Source: the human T2T-CHM13v2.0 reference genome, Homo sapiens. From it: a stretch of 64,000 nt of DNA. Within the stretch, counting starts at the first letter, position 1, and the number at the start of each line of letters is the position of its first letter. The notes under the pieces are model-generated. The model ran no database searches and was not told the DNA's origin. It worked only from the letters and a program-made list of their open reading frames with translations. The DNA lies in the NCBI RefSeq assembly GCF_009914755.1, contig NC_060927.1; one strand, 5' to 3'. The translations under genes were made by a program, and so were the position numbers. Positions 1 to 14,879 of this stretch are shown here, one piece after another.

Positions 1-1331
1 TCATAAAATTATAACTATAACTAGACATACTTATTTAGTTTGCAAAAGCTTCCATAAATATTGAGTTCCTCTGACCCAAGCACACTCAATATGATTATTC
101 ATCTCTATTATTCTCAAAATATTCTCATAAAAGTTTCTAACTATGGATATAAAAAGAAGCTAAGGAAATTTGATACATGGAATTGAAATGATAAATTAAT
201 GGTGCTCAAGGGAAAAAAGAATAGATTTGTTATCATGACACGTTTAATCGGTATATATTTCCACTTCCCAAATGTTTTCAGAGTAAGCAGAAATGAGAGA
301 AATTAATATAGTTATTCCAAAGTACAAAAATATCTAAAGCTACATTGAGTTATTTTTTTGAAATTGTCTGGAATGTTATATTCAATTTTGTTTCCTGTGT
401 CCAGTAGAAATTAATAATGGTATACCATAGTTACACAGCAAATAAGTGTAGGTAAACTACATTTTTCTTCATGATTCCGCCAATAACATTAAATTTTTAA
501 AAAACTGCTGCTGAAATGTATAATTTGGGAATAGTGAGCTGCATTATTTTAAATTTTAAAAGAGTCTTTTTCTAAACAATTTTAACATCCGAATATATAA
601 TATAGTTGAGGAATTGCAAGGGTAAAACACTCATCTATGATATTAATATCATTTCTATTTGAGTTAAATATGTGTAAATTTGCCATAAATTTCACAAAAT
701 CTTTCATCAATGAAAGTAAACATTATTATGTAATTTAAGGATGAAAATTTTTTTTAGAAAATAATTAATTGGTTTTACTGAAAATAATTTTAAAAATATT
801 TAAAAGTTTTATTGTATGACCATTTCAACATGATTGAATCAGAATGTGATTATTTTGCCAGCTCACAATAAAAGGGAAAATAGTTTTTTGAACCAAGAAT
901 ATAAATTATTAACCTACTGAGGCAAAATTTTTTTTCATAATTTTAACCATATTTTACATAATACATGACATTTAATATTTTAGTAACCTTCCTTAAATAT
1001 GTCTAAAGTATGTCTATATAGCAAGATTGTATTAAATTAAACTTACTACCCATATTTTAAAAGAATTTATCTATTGTAGTGTTTTTAAGTGGCATTTTGA
1101 AAATTATAAAAGCATTTTAATTCTCTAATTTATCCAAATGATTTAAGTGAAACTACAGTTATTTAATGTCATATACCACTGCATTAAATTAAGATTTTTA
1201 ATATTACAACTAGTAGATTTGGAACATTGTAGTCATGAGGCAAAAGCCTCAGTGGACTGATAGTAATAAAAACATCTAAAGATATGTAGGTGTCATTCAA
1301 ATCATCTTAAGTCTATTAAAAACTATTTTTT

Positions 1332-1588
1332 GAGGCCAAGGCGGGTGGATCATTTGAGTCCAGGAGTTCCAGACCAGCCTGGCCAACATGGCAAAACCCC
1401 GTCTCTACTAAAAATACAAAAATTAGCTGGGCGTGGTGAAGTGCACCTGTAATCCCAGCTCCTCGGGAGGCTGAGGCAGGGAGAATCTTTTGAACCTGGG
1501 TGGCGGAGGTTGCAGTGAGCCAAGTTAGCGCCACAGCACTACAGCCTGGGTGACAGAGCAAGACTTAGTCTCAAAAAACAAAAAAAAA
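1332..1588 (+). mobile_element. AluS element, 5'-truncated (SI intron 13)
   Basis: GAGGCCAAGGCGGGTGGATCA...TACTAAAAATACAAAAATTAGC...A-tail. Confidence 0.93.
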
Positions 1589-3288
1589 TCGTCAACTTTG
1601 TTTCTGAGAATGTACCTCAAGTTTCTTTAAAATTCCTTAAAAATTGTGATAGTGATCTGATGGCATTTTATACTCACATTTAAACTAAATCTAAATATAT
1701 ATAGCCCTATTTTTAAAAGAATTTGTAAAAGAATTTCATTTTTATAAGATTCACATGAAATGTAGAAAGAATATAACCAAATAAGCTTCTAGTTATTTGG
1801 ATATGTAAACTTATTTGGGCATATCTTCTTATAAAATTTATGTTTCCAAATACTATATATTAAATTATTCAGTTTTTTCATTGAATAATTTTGCTTATTA
1901 GATTTTTAAGAATAGAACCAAAATAACAACAATGATATCAAAATATGCATATGTATTCAAAAAATGGAAATGGTATTTTAATTTTAAAAATATTGACTAA
2001 CACTTTTGTTTTGAAATCATAGTTTTGGTCTTAATTACATTAAGTACAGTAGGCTTTTGTTTCTCAACTATTCGATTATCCCATAAATGATGTAAAAAAA
2101 GAGAATTCAAATTTATTATATTTTATACACAAAAACTATACTTCAATGACAATTAAGCTCACATCATTTCCCAAAGTGATTTTAATATTTAAACCTAAAA
2201 TTCACAAATATTAGCATGGAAACTAAATTACAAATCTAGTAAATTATAAAACTATTTTTATACTTGACATAAATATTAAAACTTTATCAGTTGAATAACA
2301 ACTTGTTTTAGCTGGATCAGAAACAATAATCTGAAGAAAGTGAAATAATTAGATAAACCACTTAGCAGTGTGATATGGCAAGTAGATAAGTAATAGCTAA
2401 AAGTAGAATATCCACTGTTTATCCATGATATATATTAGTTCACTGATGTTCACTGATCTTTGAAATTATACTGCTTCTTGTGTTTTTTGTTTGTTTGTTT
2501 AAGGCTTAGTTACAGTGCTTCTGTAGCAGTGTTGGAAATACTCTGCCTTTCTCAGATAACCTTCTCTCCCACACTTTGGAGGTGAATCAGGAATTTCAGT
2601 TCTCAATGAATGCAAGAAATGCAACACTCTCTCTTTCTATAACACAATCAGGCTCTGTCTCACTATTCCTACAGTATTATTTATACTTGTAACTTTACCG
2701 TAATCAAAGTGGCTCCTAACTAAGAAAAAAATAAAAGACTAAAGAAACTTTCAATATAGGTTAAATAATATAAGAACTAGAATTAAAAATAAAGCTCAAG
2801 ATCACAGTAAATTTTTTTTATTTCTACCAATTGCTAGTTATTAGTGGTGTGATATCACTGATTTTATGTTAAATAACTGAAGGCTTTTCATCTTCATTTT
2901 GTTACTGTCATCATAGGAATCCTGAAGATTATGCTAATCCTTTACCCAAATCCATGTTGTCAGCAGAAACATAATCTTTCCATCTTTGTATTCCCAACAA
3001 CATGTCTGATAGATACATGGTGCAAAATAAATATTTGCTAACTAAATGATTGATTGATTTAATAAATAAGTGAATAATTAGAATAATGATTGAATCAATA
3101 ATGAGCACTTAAGGAAAATAGAGATGGTGTGGACCTAAAAACCAAAGAAAATATAGTCATCCTTAGTGTGTCCATTATGTACTTTTTCCAAATTCTTGCC
3201 AGTGGTAATTTAGTTTCTATCCCTAGCAGCAGGCCATCAATAACTACAGATACACAACTTCATTTAAAGAAACTCTTAAACACTTGTA

Positions 3289-3568
3289 TTTTTTTTTCTT
3301 TTCTGAGACAGAGTTTCACTCTTGTTGCCCAGGCTAGAATGCAGTGGCACCATCTTGGCTCACAGGCAACCTCCACCTCCCGGGTTCAAGCAATTCTTCT
3401 GCCTCAGTTACAGGCATGTGCCACCAAGCCCAACTAATTTTTGTATTTTTAGTAGAGACGGGGTTTCACCATGTTGGTCGGGCTGGTCTCGAACTCCTGA
3501 CCTCAAATGATTGGCTCACCTCAGCCTCCCAAAGTGCTGGGATTACATGCATGAGCCATCACACAAGA
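3289..3568 (-). mobile_element. AluSq/Sp-like element with small internal deletion (intron 13)
   Basis: Poly-T followed by GAGACAGAGTTTCACTCTTGTTGCCCAGGCT; CCTCAG joins directly to TTACAGG (about 17-18 bp missing); TGTATTTTT on both flanks. Confidence 0.92.
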
Positions 3569-4052
3569 CTGTATTTTTCTTTAATAAGTTTATGAGCAAA
3601 CTAGGATTCTGTTTGTTGCTTTTTTGAGATATAGTAATACTTAACCTATTGCCAATTTTTATTTATTCTCTTCCATAGCTTACTAAAGAGAAGTCTCTAA
3701 AGGGCAGGGGCTTATTCAGATCATATTGCTGCTGTTGCTTGACTGTTGTCAACTTTAATAAATGTTTTGCTAATTGCACTGCAATAGGCTTATCACCAAA
3801 TCTTATTAACTAATTTTCAGGTAAAGTATTAGTCATAAAGGAACAAAACCTTGCATACAGAAATAAAATTTATTCTATACAGTGTATTGCTAAAAAAGAA
3901 AAACCTTGATTGGCATTTTTTGTTTTGTTTTGTTTTCTTACTTATGCACACGATGGGTATATTTATCCATTCTGGGAAAAAACATTATAGTAGCTTTAAA
4001 TTTTACATTGAATACATCAGAAAAAAATATTTTGTTGACTTAGTAATTTTTA

Positions 4053-4223
<171 letters not shown>

Positions 4224-4669
4224 CTAGAAGAATAGATCATTCACATATATACATAAAAAATAGAAAAATAAATAAATGGAATTTCAAATTAATAAAGTTG
4301 AGAATAGTAAAAAAAAATAAAGTTATTCTACTTCTTTAGGTATATGTGACTCATATATAAATTTACAAGAATATCATGACTTTAAAATGCATTTAAAGAA
4401 GAGCAGTTAAAAAAAGGTGAAATCATGAAGCATTTAGGAAGAAAAAAATTATCAGAACATGGTATAAGGCTGCTATTTTGACTGTAAATTTGTTTTTAAG
4501 CATCCTTGTAGGATAGTTTAATACATACACAATAAATATTCTATATAATATATTTTATATCCCATAAAATAAAGCACATTAGCTTATTTCCAAAGGTGTA
4601 TGCCTCCAAGCAATTTTAAAAACTGTCTTTTATTTTTATTTGTATGAATAAACATGAATATGATACATA

Positions 4670-4920
4670 CTGGGCACTATTTCAAGTACTTTCATAATTA
4701 CTAACATATAATCTTCATTAGAATTTTTGAAAGCAGGTACTATTTTTATCACCACTTACAGATGAGGTAGGTACTGTAATTAAAGTCATTTTGCAGATTA
4801 GAGAAGTGATGCCCAGAGAAGTTAAGTAAGTTGTTCAAAGTCAATCTACTAATAACAGGTACAGCAGCAATTTAAACCCAAACAGTCTTACACCTGAGTC
4901 CATGCTGTTAAACACTATGT
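4670..4920 (-). mobile_element. MIR SINE relic with partly duplicated core
   Basis: GGTACTAT...ACAGATGAG core motif occurs twice, followed by CCCAGAGAAGTTAAGTAAGTTGTTCAAAGTCA. Confidence 0.65.
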
Positions 4921-5250
4921 GTATTATGCTGTCTTTTTCTGATTTAGGCTTCTTGAAATTATTTTACATTATTTGACTTATTACTTACAATAATCACATT
5001 AGGCAAGGAGAATTTAATTTCAGATAAGTTGAGCTAAATTATATTGTTTTGTATCCAAACATTTCAAATCGGCTGTCTGATCTGTCCATAAGGAACAAAG
5101 CTGGTGTTAACATGTGTTCTGTGAAATGTTAATTAAGGGTAGGAAATTGTGTGGGCTTTCTTTTTTTACAAAAGGAGTTCATAATTATTTAAAAGACTTT
5201 CACGGGAAACTTTAAGTTGGATGAATGTGATAAGAATGAAGCTTATGGCA

Positions 5251-7645
5251 GAGAGACAGAGCAAAATGGCTGAAAAGAAGCCTCCAGTGACCATCCCCCC
5301 TGCAGAAGCATCAAATTGAACAACTACCCATACACAAAGAAAGTACCTTCCTAAGAACCAAATTCAGGTGAGTGATCACAGTACCTGATTTTAGCATCAT
5401 ATCAAGTGAAGAGTCATTGAAGAGGGTAGGAAAGAGAGTCTTGGATTGCATACACCACCCCTCTCACATTCCCCAACAGTGCCCATGGTGCATGGAGAGA
5501 GAATCTGTGCACTTTCTGAAGGGAGAGCAAAGTGATTGTGGTCTTTTGCATTGGAGCTCAGTATTGGCCTGCCACAGCAGAAAGTACAAAGGGGCAGAAA
5601 TCAGCTTACACCCATAGGTGGAGCATTTAGAACAGCGCTAGCCATAGGCTATGAGTCTGCAAGAGCCATGGCATTATTGGGCTTGAGGTGCCTCCTAAAG
5701 CAGATACAGCTGCAGTTAACAAAGACTTAGATCACAAAACCCAAGTCCCTTAGAATACCCGGAAAACCTATGAATGAGGATGGGCAAAAACAAGCCTAGA
5801 CTGTGAAGACTATTATAAATACCTAACTCTTCAGTGCCCAGACAGTGACAAACATCCACAAGAATCAAGACCATCCAGGAAAACCAGAATTCACAAAACG
5901 AACTAAATAAGTTACCAGAGACCAATCCTGGAAAGACAGAGATGTGTGAACTTTCAGACAGAAAATTCGAAATAGCTGTTTTGGGGAAATTCAGTGAAAT
6001 CCAGGATAACGTGGAGGAGTTTAGGGTTCTATCAGATAAATTTAATGAAAAGATTGAAATAATTTAAAAGAATCAAGCAGAAACTTGAGCTGAAAACTGC
6101 AATGGATATACTGAAGAATGCATCAGAGTCTTTTAATAGTAGAATTGATCAAGCAGAAGAAAGAATTAGTGAGCTTGAAGACAAGCTATTTGAAAATACA
6201 CAGTCAGAGGAGACAAAAAAAGAATAAAAAACAATGAAGCATGGCTACAAGATGTAGAAAATAGTCTCAAAAGTGCAAATCTGAGTTATTGGCCTTAAAG
6301 AGGAAGTAGAGAGAGAGAGATAGAAAGTATATTGAAAGGGAAAATGACAGGAAACATCCCAAACTTAGAGAAAGATATCAATATTGAAGTATAGGAAAGA
6401 TATAGAACACCAAGCAGATTTAACCCAAAAGAGACTACCTCAAGACATTTAATAATTAAATTCCCAAAGGTCAAGGATAAAGAAAGAAGGCAAAAAGCAG
6501 CAGGATAAAGGAGACAAATAACATACAAAGGAGCTCCAATATATCTGGCACAGACTTTTCAGTGTAACTTTACAGGCCAGGAGAGAGTGGCATGACATAT
6601 TTAAAATGCTGTAGAGAAAAAAAAAAAAAAAACTTTTATCTTAGTAGACTACATCCAGTGAAAATATCCTTCAAACATGGAAAAGAAATATAGCCTTTCT
6701 CAAGCAAAAGCTGAGGGATTTCATCAACACCAGACAAGTCCTATAAGATATGCTAAAGAGAATTCTTTGTACAGCATTGTACAGATCATCCAGACAGACA
6801 GAAAACCAACAAAGAAACATTGTCTTTAATCTTTATTATAAACTAAGTGGACCTGATAGATTTTTACAGAATATTGTATCCTATGGCTACAGACATTCTT
6901 TTTTTCAGCACATGAATTATTCTCAAGGGTAGACCATATGTCAGGCCAAAAAACAAGTCTTAAAATATTTTTTTTTAAAAAATTGAAATCATATCAACTA
7001 TTTTCTTACACCACAATGGAATAAAATCAGAAATAAATAACAAGAATAACTTTGGAAGCTATATGAAAACATGAAAATTGAACAATATGCTCCTGAATGA
7101 CCACTGGGTCAATGAATAAATTTAGGAAAAAATTTACAAATGTTTTTAAAACAAATGATAATGGAAACACAATGTACCAAAGTCTATGGGATAAAATGAA
7201 AGAAGTGCTAAGGGGAAAAATTATAGCAGTAAGTACCTACATCAAAAAAGTTGAAAAACTTTAAATAAACAACCTAATCATATGTCTTAAAGAACTAGAA
7301 AAGCAAGAGCAAACCAAACCCTAAATTAGTAGAAGGAAAGAAAAAATGATCAGAGAAGAAATACATGAAATTGAAAAACAAACAGTACAAAACAGCAACG
7401 AAATGAAAAGTTTTTTGAAAATATAAACAAAGTCAACTAACCTTTAGCTAGACTAAGAAAAAAAGCAAGGCCCAAATAAACAAAATCAGTGATTGAAAAG
7501 GAGACATGACAACAGATAACACAGAAATGTAAATAATTTTTAGAGGCTACTATGAGCAGCTATATGCCAATAAATTGGAATACCTAGAAGAAATGCATAA
7601 ATTCTTAAACACATACAATCTACTAAGATTAAACCATGAAGAAAT
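5251..7645 (+). mobile_element. Old L1 (L1M/L1MA/PB-type): 5'UTR, decayed ORF1 and start of ORF2, with internal deletions, 3'-truncated (intron 12)
   Basis: CAAAATGGCTGAA 5' start, ORF1-like AGAATTGATCAAGCAGAAGAAAGAATTAGTGAGCTTGAAGAC, ORF2-like CTCCTGAATGACCACTGGGTCAATGAA; multiple frameshifts. Confidence 0.88.
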
Positions 7646-7770
7646 TTATCTGGTATATCTTTACATTTTTCATGACTTCTTATAAGAACTGTTTTATAAA
7701 TTCTTGGAGTAGTTTCTTTGTCTAATATTTTTCTCCACAATTAAAATATAAAATTCAGACTTGAAAGCAG

Positions 7771-7812
<42 letters not shown>
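7771..7812. repeat. (CA)n microsatellite
   Basis: About 20 CA units, ~70 bp into intron 12. Confidence 0.95.
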
Positions 7813-7813
<1 letters not shown>

Positions 7814-7865
7814 TCCACAGAAACTTTATTATTTCAGAGAAGAAAATTTGAGCAACATAGTTTTA

Positions 7866-8003
<138 letters not shown>

Positions 8004-8058
8004 CTAATAATAGAAAGCAGAAACTGCAAAATCTATTAACTTACACGTGTAAACACTA

Positions 8059-8268
<210 letters not shown>

Positions 8269-8822
8269 CTAATCAAGTCAATCTTTAACTCCATTGAACG
8301 TGTATTATAAACATAACCCTTAAAAAATAAATGAACGTCCATCCTTTTCATTTCACTAAAGAAGCAATTGTACTGTTTGTAAACTGGTTTTTCTAATTAT
8401 TAAGTACAAAAGCATTAAGTGATTATTCATATTTGTCAGTGATAATGACTAGAATGCATTGTTTTTATATACGTGGATTTCAACATACAAAAATCAAAAA
8501 TACACTTTTCAGAAAATTTTTTAAAAATATGTAGATTCTAAAATTAAGGTCTATTTTAAAAACTAAATATGATTTTGTTTACAGTGGAATATGTATTCTG
8601 TTCTAGTATAACTAACAATTGATTCTTCAAAAGCATATATTTGTACTTTCAGGAGGCAAGGGCATTACATATGAGATAAAATATACTTTACAATTAAAAG
8701 GCAGCCTCTTAATTATATGATATAATGTATATAGTAGATACTCCTGACAATTTCCTACAGTTCTTATTATGTGACAATATTTAACTTGATATATATTCCC
8801 ACGGACCCTTTATTCTACTTAC

Positions 8823-8948
8823 AAATGGTATGCCAGCTTCCCGGTTTCTCCTTACCACTTCTTTCACTACATCTAGTGACTTATAATTCCAGCGACTTAG
8901 TTGGAATCCAAGATTCCAATATGCTGGCATTGCTGGTAGTCCAACAAG
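8823..8948 (-). CDS. SI: SI exon 10 ([22 protein letters not shown]...AGIPF)
   Basis: AAG acceptor, GTAAGT donor, 126 nt; lies within ORF-track 8781..9002. Confidence 0.97.
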
Positions 8949-11270
8949 CTTAAAGTAAATGAGCATGTAATTAGTTTGAATAGAAATAAATATATTTAGC
9001 ATTAATAACCAAGGTTAATGTGCCTCTTATTTTCTTATATCTCTAAAATTCATTTAAGTTTATATAATTTAAACAAACCTTTAGTGTTACCTGGATTCTA
9101 AACAATTTCCTATTCTATTTGAATGTGTTATGAAATTTTTAACAAGTTCATGTCTTGTACTTCACGTTTTAGTTTGTGTTTAAAAATTAGAAAGTGTAGC
9201 ATATCAGAAAGTAGCTTTTGCCAAGATATGTTTTGTCTATTGTAGAAAGTTAAATAAGATAATACAAGAAAAGCAACAAATAAATAACAAAAGGGAAAAT
9301 TTTCCACCACACTCCTATTTTCTATTACAAGTCACCATACAAGAAAAACAGAAAAGATGTTTAAAAGTACAGAATTTCTGTTTCCTTACATTTTGGCAGT
9401 TATCTATCTCCTGGTTTGCAAAAATGTTAATAAAATATATGTTCTGCAATGCTCCCACCCAGTTATTGCATAGGCTCTTTCTTATTCACATGCAGTGCCT
9501 CAGCTTCATTTCTTCCTCCTGGGGACAAATGGATCGCCATCTCTTCCTATTTCTGTAATGGCCCAGGCAATCTCAGTGCAAGAGAATATCAGTGTCACAT
9601 TACAACAGATGATATAATTTTGCACATGGAAATTTGGATGTAACTGGTGTTTTTTTTTTCACCAGTTAGGTTATATATGATGCATAATCATACTCAACAT
9701 AATAAATTTTCTTTGGTTTAGGCTTTTATATACATATCATATATATATTATATATATACATATATATCTGGTATATATATTAAAAAAATATATATATATA
9801 TATAGGATCCATGATTTCTCCATGATACATATGTAAAAAGTTACTAGGTAACAATCAAAAAGAAATTAATTACTCATGTTGGGTTATTGTTTTCTATTCA
9901 AATGAAATACTAAACTTATTTCAAACTTGATATCAAATAAACCTGATATCAAATAAAGCTCTCAAGAATTAGTATGTTTTAAACTATACTCCTAAACACC
10001 ATATGTTCCATAGAATTAAAGATTTAGACATGTGATTGAAATTTCTTCTCATATATGTGTGAAGAATCAACATATATGTTGACATAAATTTTTTCTCATA
10101 TATATGTGAAGAATCAACATATATGTAACAATATTCTTTTTGAAATAGTTTGACATTCTGCTGACTTTACTTAACATGTGGGAGATAGCTATGCCAACTT
10201 ATGTTTGACAATTGGAATATCAGAGTGTTGTTTCTCTCTCTTGTTCATGTGATAATCACACACAAAGTCTATATGTAGGCCAGCCTAGAACTGTAATTAT
10301 GATTTTATATTACAGATACTGTAAACTTTCTGCGCTTCTTTTCTAAATTTTACATTTATAAACATGAACTTGGGAATGATTAGACATTGTAAATGATTAA
10401 ACTGCAAAAAACCTTAGCTGCTCTCATTTCAGCTTTTTGGATCCTAATTTAAAATTTTTTATAGTAATCAATTATCTTTTGAGATCATTTTTGCAAATGG
10501 GAATTTTATGTCAAAAGGTATATCAAGAAAATAATATTTTTAAAATAGGCATAATCTTAAAATCTTAAACCAATGAAAATAATTTTCTTTTCCATTGTAA
10601 CACCAGGAATCATATATATCAACAGTGAAAAGAGAGAAATTACATGAAAGTTTTAGAATCATCTTCAGTGTAGGTCCTGGGTTCCCCACCTCTCTAAAGC
10701 CCATATTGGGCTCAGGTATACAAGATGTTACTTAATATGTAAATAAGAGTTGCTTAGATAGTAACTGGAGATGTAAAGTTTCAGGCTAGGTTTCAAACTC
10801 AACCTTCTGAAGTCCCCAGGATAAGAGCCAATTTTCCTGGAGTTTACCTGCTGTGAATTTATGGCTAGATTCATTGGTCTTCTCACAACTCAGTTACCTC
10901 TAGGATTTTGACCAAAAGGATATATGACCTACACATTTATTGCCTATCCTCAGTGTTAAATAAGATAGTTCCTTTTGCTTTATTCCATCAGATAAAGTCA
11001 TTAATAAGTAAATATATAATATTCAACATCTCAATGAATTCCAATTCTTGAACTCAGCTGCCTAGAGGTAAGAAATTTTGAATTCAGAAACATAGATACT
11101 TGAGTATATGTAGAGTTCATTGTATAGGGGAAAAAAAAAACACCCAGCTGCATCTTAAATATGATAAGATTTTCGAAAACATTTAGCTAAGAGGCCCCTA
11201 CTATGTAAAATAAAGTCATCTAAATATGTGGTCATGTTAGATGAAATAAAAGTATGCAGAAAAAATTTTA

Positions 11271-11426
<156 letters not shown>

Positions 11427-12321
11427 TTATATGTAAATAGTGAAAAGGATTATAGTAATTAATTGCAAAGTCCATTTAAATTAATTTGTATTAACTACAT
11501 TATTTTACAATATGTTTAAATAATTAAGAAATAATGAAATATTGAATGCAGGAATAACATAGGAAAAAAGTAAAACGCCAACATGTCTGAGGCTTATAAT
11601 AAAATATCCCAGCTATTTTCTTTCACAGGTGGTGGCAAAAGCTCCCCTGGATATTGTGTTGCAAAGGGTTAGTTGCAAAGGATTAGTTCTCTGGCGACCA
11701 AAAGATTTTTCTCTAAAACTGCATTTTTAATTAGTCGTTTAAATTGAAGATTATCTGAAAGATCAAGTTATCACATATTAATTTCTAAAAGACAAAATGT
11801 CAAAAGTTTTAATTTAACTTTTCTAAATGTAAGACACAGTAACTGGCTGGAAAACCATGTAATAAACTGATCCTGCTGAAATGTGATTAATTTCTTTAAT
11901 TTTTTATTATCACCAATTCACCTATTAGATACTACACTCATAATATTACAAAATAAAATACTACATTATATGAGTTATGATAAACTAAAAAAAATACTCT
12001 TTTTTCTACTTCCATAGACATCTTTTTTGTTTTCATTTGTAGTGGCATGTTTACTTATCTCGACAAATGAGATTGTGGGAATGAAAACACCCATTGGCAT
12101 GGATGTGTTTCAACATTCCTTTGAAAGGAAAATAGAGTGCCTGAATACCACAGCATAGCATACTCTCCCCAAAATAGATGCGCTGGCATGCAAAAATTGA
12201 TTTTGTCTTTAATTTCAAAATCTTCTTATAATAATGTCACATGTTAATATTAACTATAATAGAGTTTACTCTCACATACAATATGAATGATTGAAATAAA
12301 GAGAGCAGTTAAAACATTTCA

Positions 12322-12462
<141 letters not shown>

Positions 12463-12754
12463 CTATAAGGCAAGAATTTGAAAATACGATTTTCAAATAT
12501 GTTTAAAACACAAAAAGATTATATATTTTATATGCTCTTCATGAATTAATTTGTTGCTATAATTTACTTCTCCTGTTTCTACACAAATTGTCTTCACTAT
12601 ATGTACCAGTGAAATATTATAGGTAAAACAAAAAACTTCAAACTTTTTAACATTATTAATATAGTAATGTATAAAATATATAACATATATAATACTATTA
12701 ATATATTACTTAACTGTCCTATTTCATTTTAATTACATTAATTTTAATAACTTA

Positions 12755-13030
12755 TGCCCAGGTGGGTGGATCACGAGATAGGAGATTGAAACCATCCTGG
12801 CTAACATGATGAAACCCTGTTTCTACTAAAAATACAAAAAATTAGCTGGGGGTGGTGACACGCACCTGTAATCCCAGCTACTCAGGAGGCTCAGGCAGGA
12901 GAATCGCTTGAACCCAAGAGGCGGAGGTCGCAGTGATTTGAGATACCCTCACTGCACTCCAGCCTAGGTGACAAAGTGAGACTCCATCTCAAAAATAAAT
13001 AAATAAAATAAAAAATAAAAATAAATAAAA
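12755..13030 (+). mobile_element. AluSc/AluY-like element, 5'-truncated, with TSD (intron 7)
   Basis: GGATCACGAG...ACCATCCTGGCTAACA diagnostics; TAATAACTTA at 12745-12754 and 13031-13040. Confidence 0.92.
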
Positions 13031-14181
13031 TAATAACTTAGTCATGATAAGGTAATGGCATGTTTATCAGTTAGGCCCATGTATGCCCAAGGTACTGCAG
13101 GAGCTTCCAAAATGATATGTACCTTAATAAAAATTTAGTAGTCTGTTTCTTGAGAGCTGATGAAGAGCTGACATGATAGAGACAAACTGGAAATACACTG
13201 ATATGATGAAAGGAAAAAGACTTCCTGACTAATTAGATATGGATTTTTAAAGGAAAGGATGTATGGAAATTAGCTCTGACAGTCTCACTCTGGTGTCGAT
13301 TATAGATAGTGATGCTGCAAACAGAGATTAGTAAAATTTATTAATAATTCTGTACCAAATGAAACTCTTTAAAACAACTACTCACTGGTTTATCTTTGAT
13401 ATAGAAATAGTTAGCATTGCCATTTAAAAAGAAGTAACTGACAAACGTTTGACCCAAATCCATCATGAATCAAACATATTTTTTTAAAGTTATGATGTTT
13501 GGTCTCAAAAATCTCACATTTTTTGAGCAACAAACATAAAAACAAACATATACAGGAATAATACACTAATAGGATTATTATACTAAGTCAAGTATAAAGA
13601 TAAAGACTAAGCCCTTATGGGAGAGTTTGGGAGAAGTTCTTATGAGATAAAATTTTCATTGAGTGCTGAATGATATATGAGTGATAAAGAACATTAAGTT
13701 TCAGTAGTTACCAAAAAAACAAACTGTGCAAAGATTTGAAGTTACGGAAAATGACTATATATTATAGAACAGTAAGAAGGACAGAGATGCGTGAGATAAT
13801 ATCTGGTAGCTAGGCAGACATTGTATTATATGAAGACATGTAAAACAGTGTTTGGAATTATTCTAGTGCAATAGCTAGCTATTGATGGATATAAGTACAA
13901 GGTGAGTGAAAAAGGAATAATAAAATACGATCATGAAAGTCAAAATAAAACATTTTTAAACTGGAAATCCTGTGAAAACCTTTACAAAATCTGTTGGTCA
14001 CTGAGTCAATTTAGAACCTATCAATTGTCCCTCCCAAGCTAAACAAGCTTCTATATTGGTATCAGTGACATTCAAATAGTTTAGTTGATCAGTTAAAATA
14101 AATGCTGTTTTCAAATATGCTAAGATTTTCATCTGCTGCAATATAGTGATTTTATTTATAACAAGAAAAATAATTTCTTAC

Positions 14182-14353
14182 ATCACCAGGAAGTTGGTCT
14201 CGAGTAAAAATTGGCCATGTTTTCCAGGATAAATCATGACGAAATCTCTTATGAACTTGTTCTCCAATACCATAAATATAATCACTTGGAAGACGGGTTG
14301 AGATCTGTAAGTACTGGTCAGAGTACACTAAGGGACCAATGCTGGTGTCAAAC
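14182..14353 (-). CDS. SI: SI exon 7 ([22 protein letters not shown]...DQLPGD)
   Basis: CAG acceptor, GTAAGA donor, 172 nt. Confidence 0.97.
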
Positions 14354-14879
14354 CTGCACCATAAAAGAAATAAAGAAATAATCTAATATATAGATATATA
14401 TATATATATATATATATGATATTCTACCAGATACAGGTTTATGTTAACATCATCCAGAAGATTTCATTATAAACATGCCAGTGGTTAGCTTTGGTCACTT
14501 CTTAGAAACACACAAATTACCCCATAAAAGAAATTTGTTCACTGCATCAACACAATTTTTGCCAATATCTTTCACATCCATTTCTTTACTTTTCATCACA
14601 AGTTCAAAGCATAACTACCATTATCAATCACATTTCAAAGATGACACAAACTGGGATAATTAATTGATGTTTTTAGGGATCACAAACTGGTAGGCAGGAG
14701 AGCCAAGTTTCAAACCCAATTCTGCTTGCTCTAGGTACTAGATTTTAAAATACAGTATTTTACTGGCTTCCACACTTAAAAATTAAGTTTGAAAGCATTT
14801 TTCCCCCAAAAAGTTTTATGTGTTATGCAGATGAAATATGTACTACCAGAAATGCTAAATGATGTTTATGATTTGTATG

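Noticed and set aside
11615-11730. Plus-strand acceptor-like TTTTCTTTCACAG followed by a GC-richer patch with a 13-bp tandem repeat
   Set aside because: No matching donor, ORF or other support for an antisense exon.
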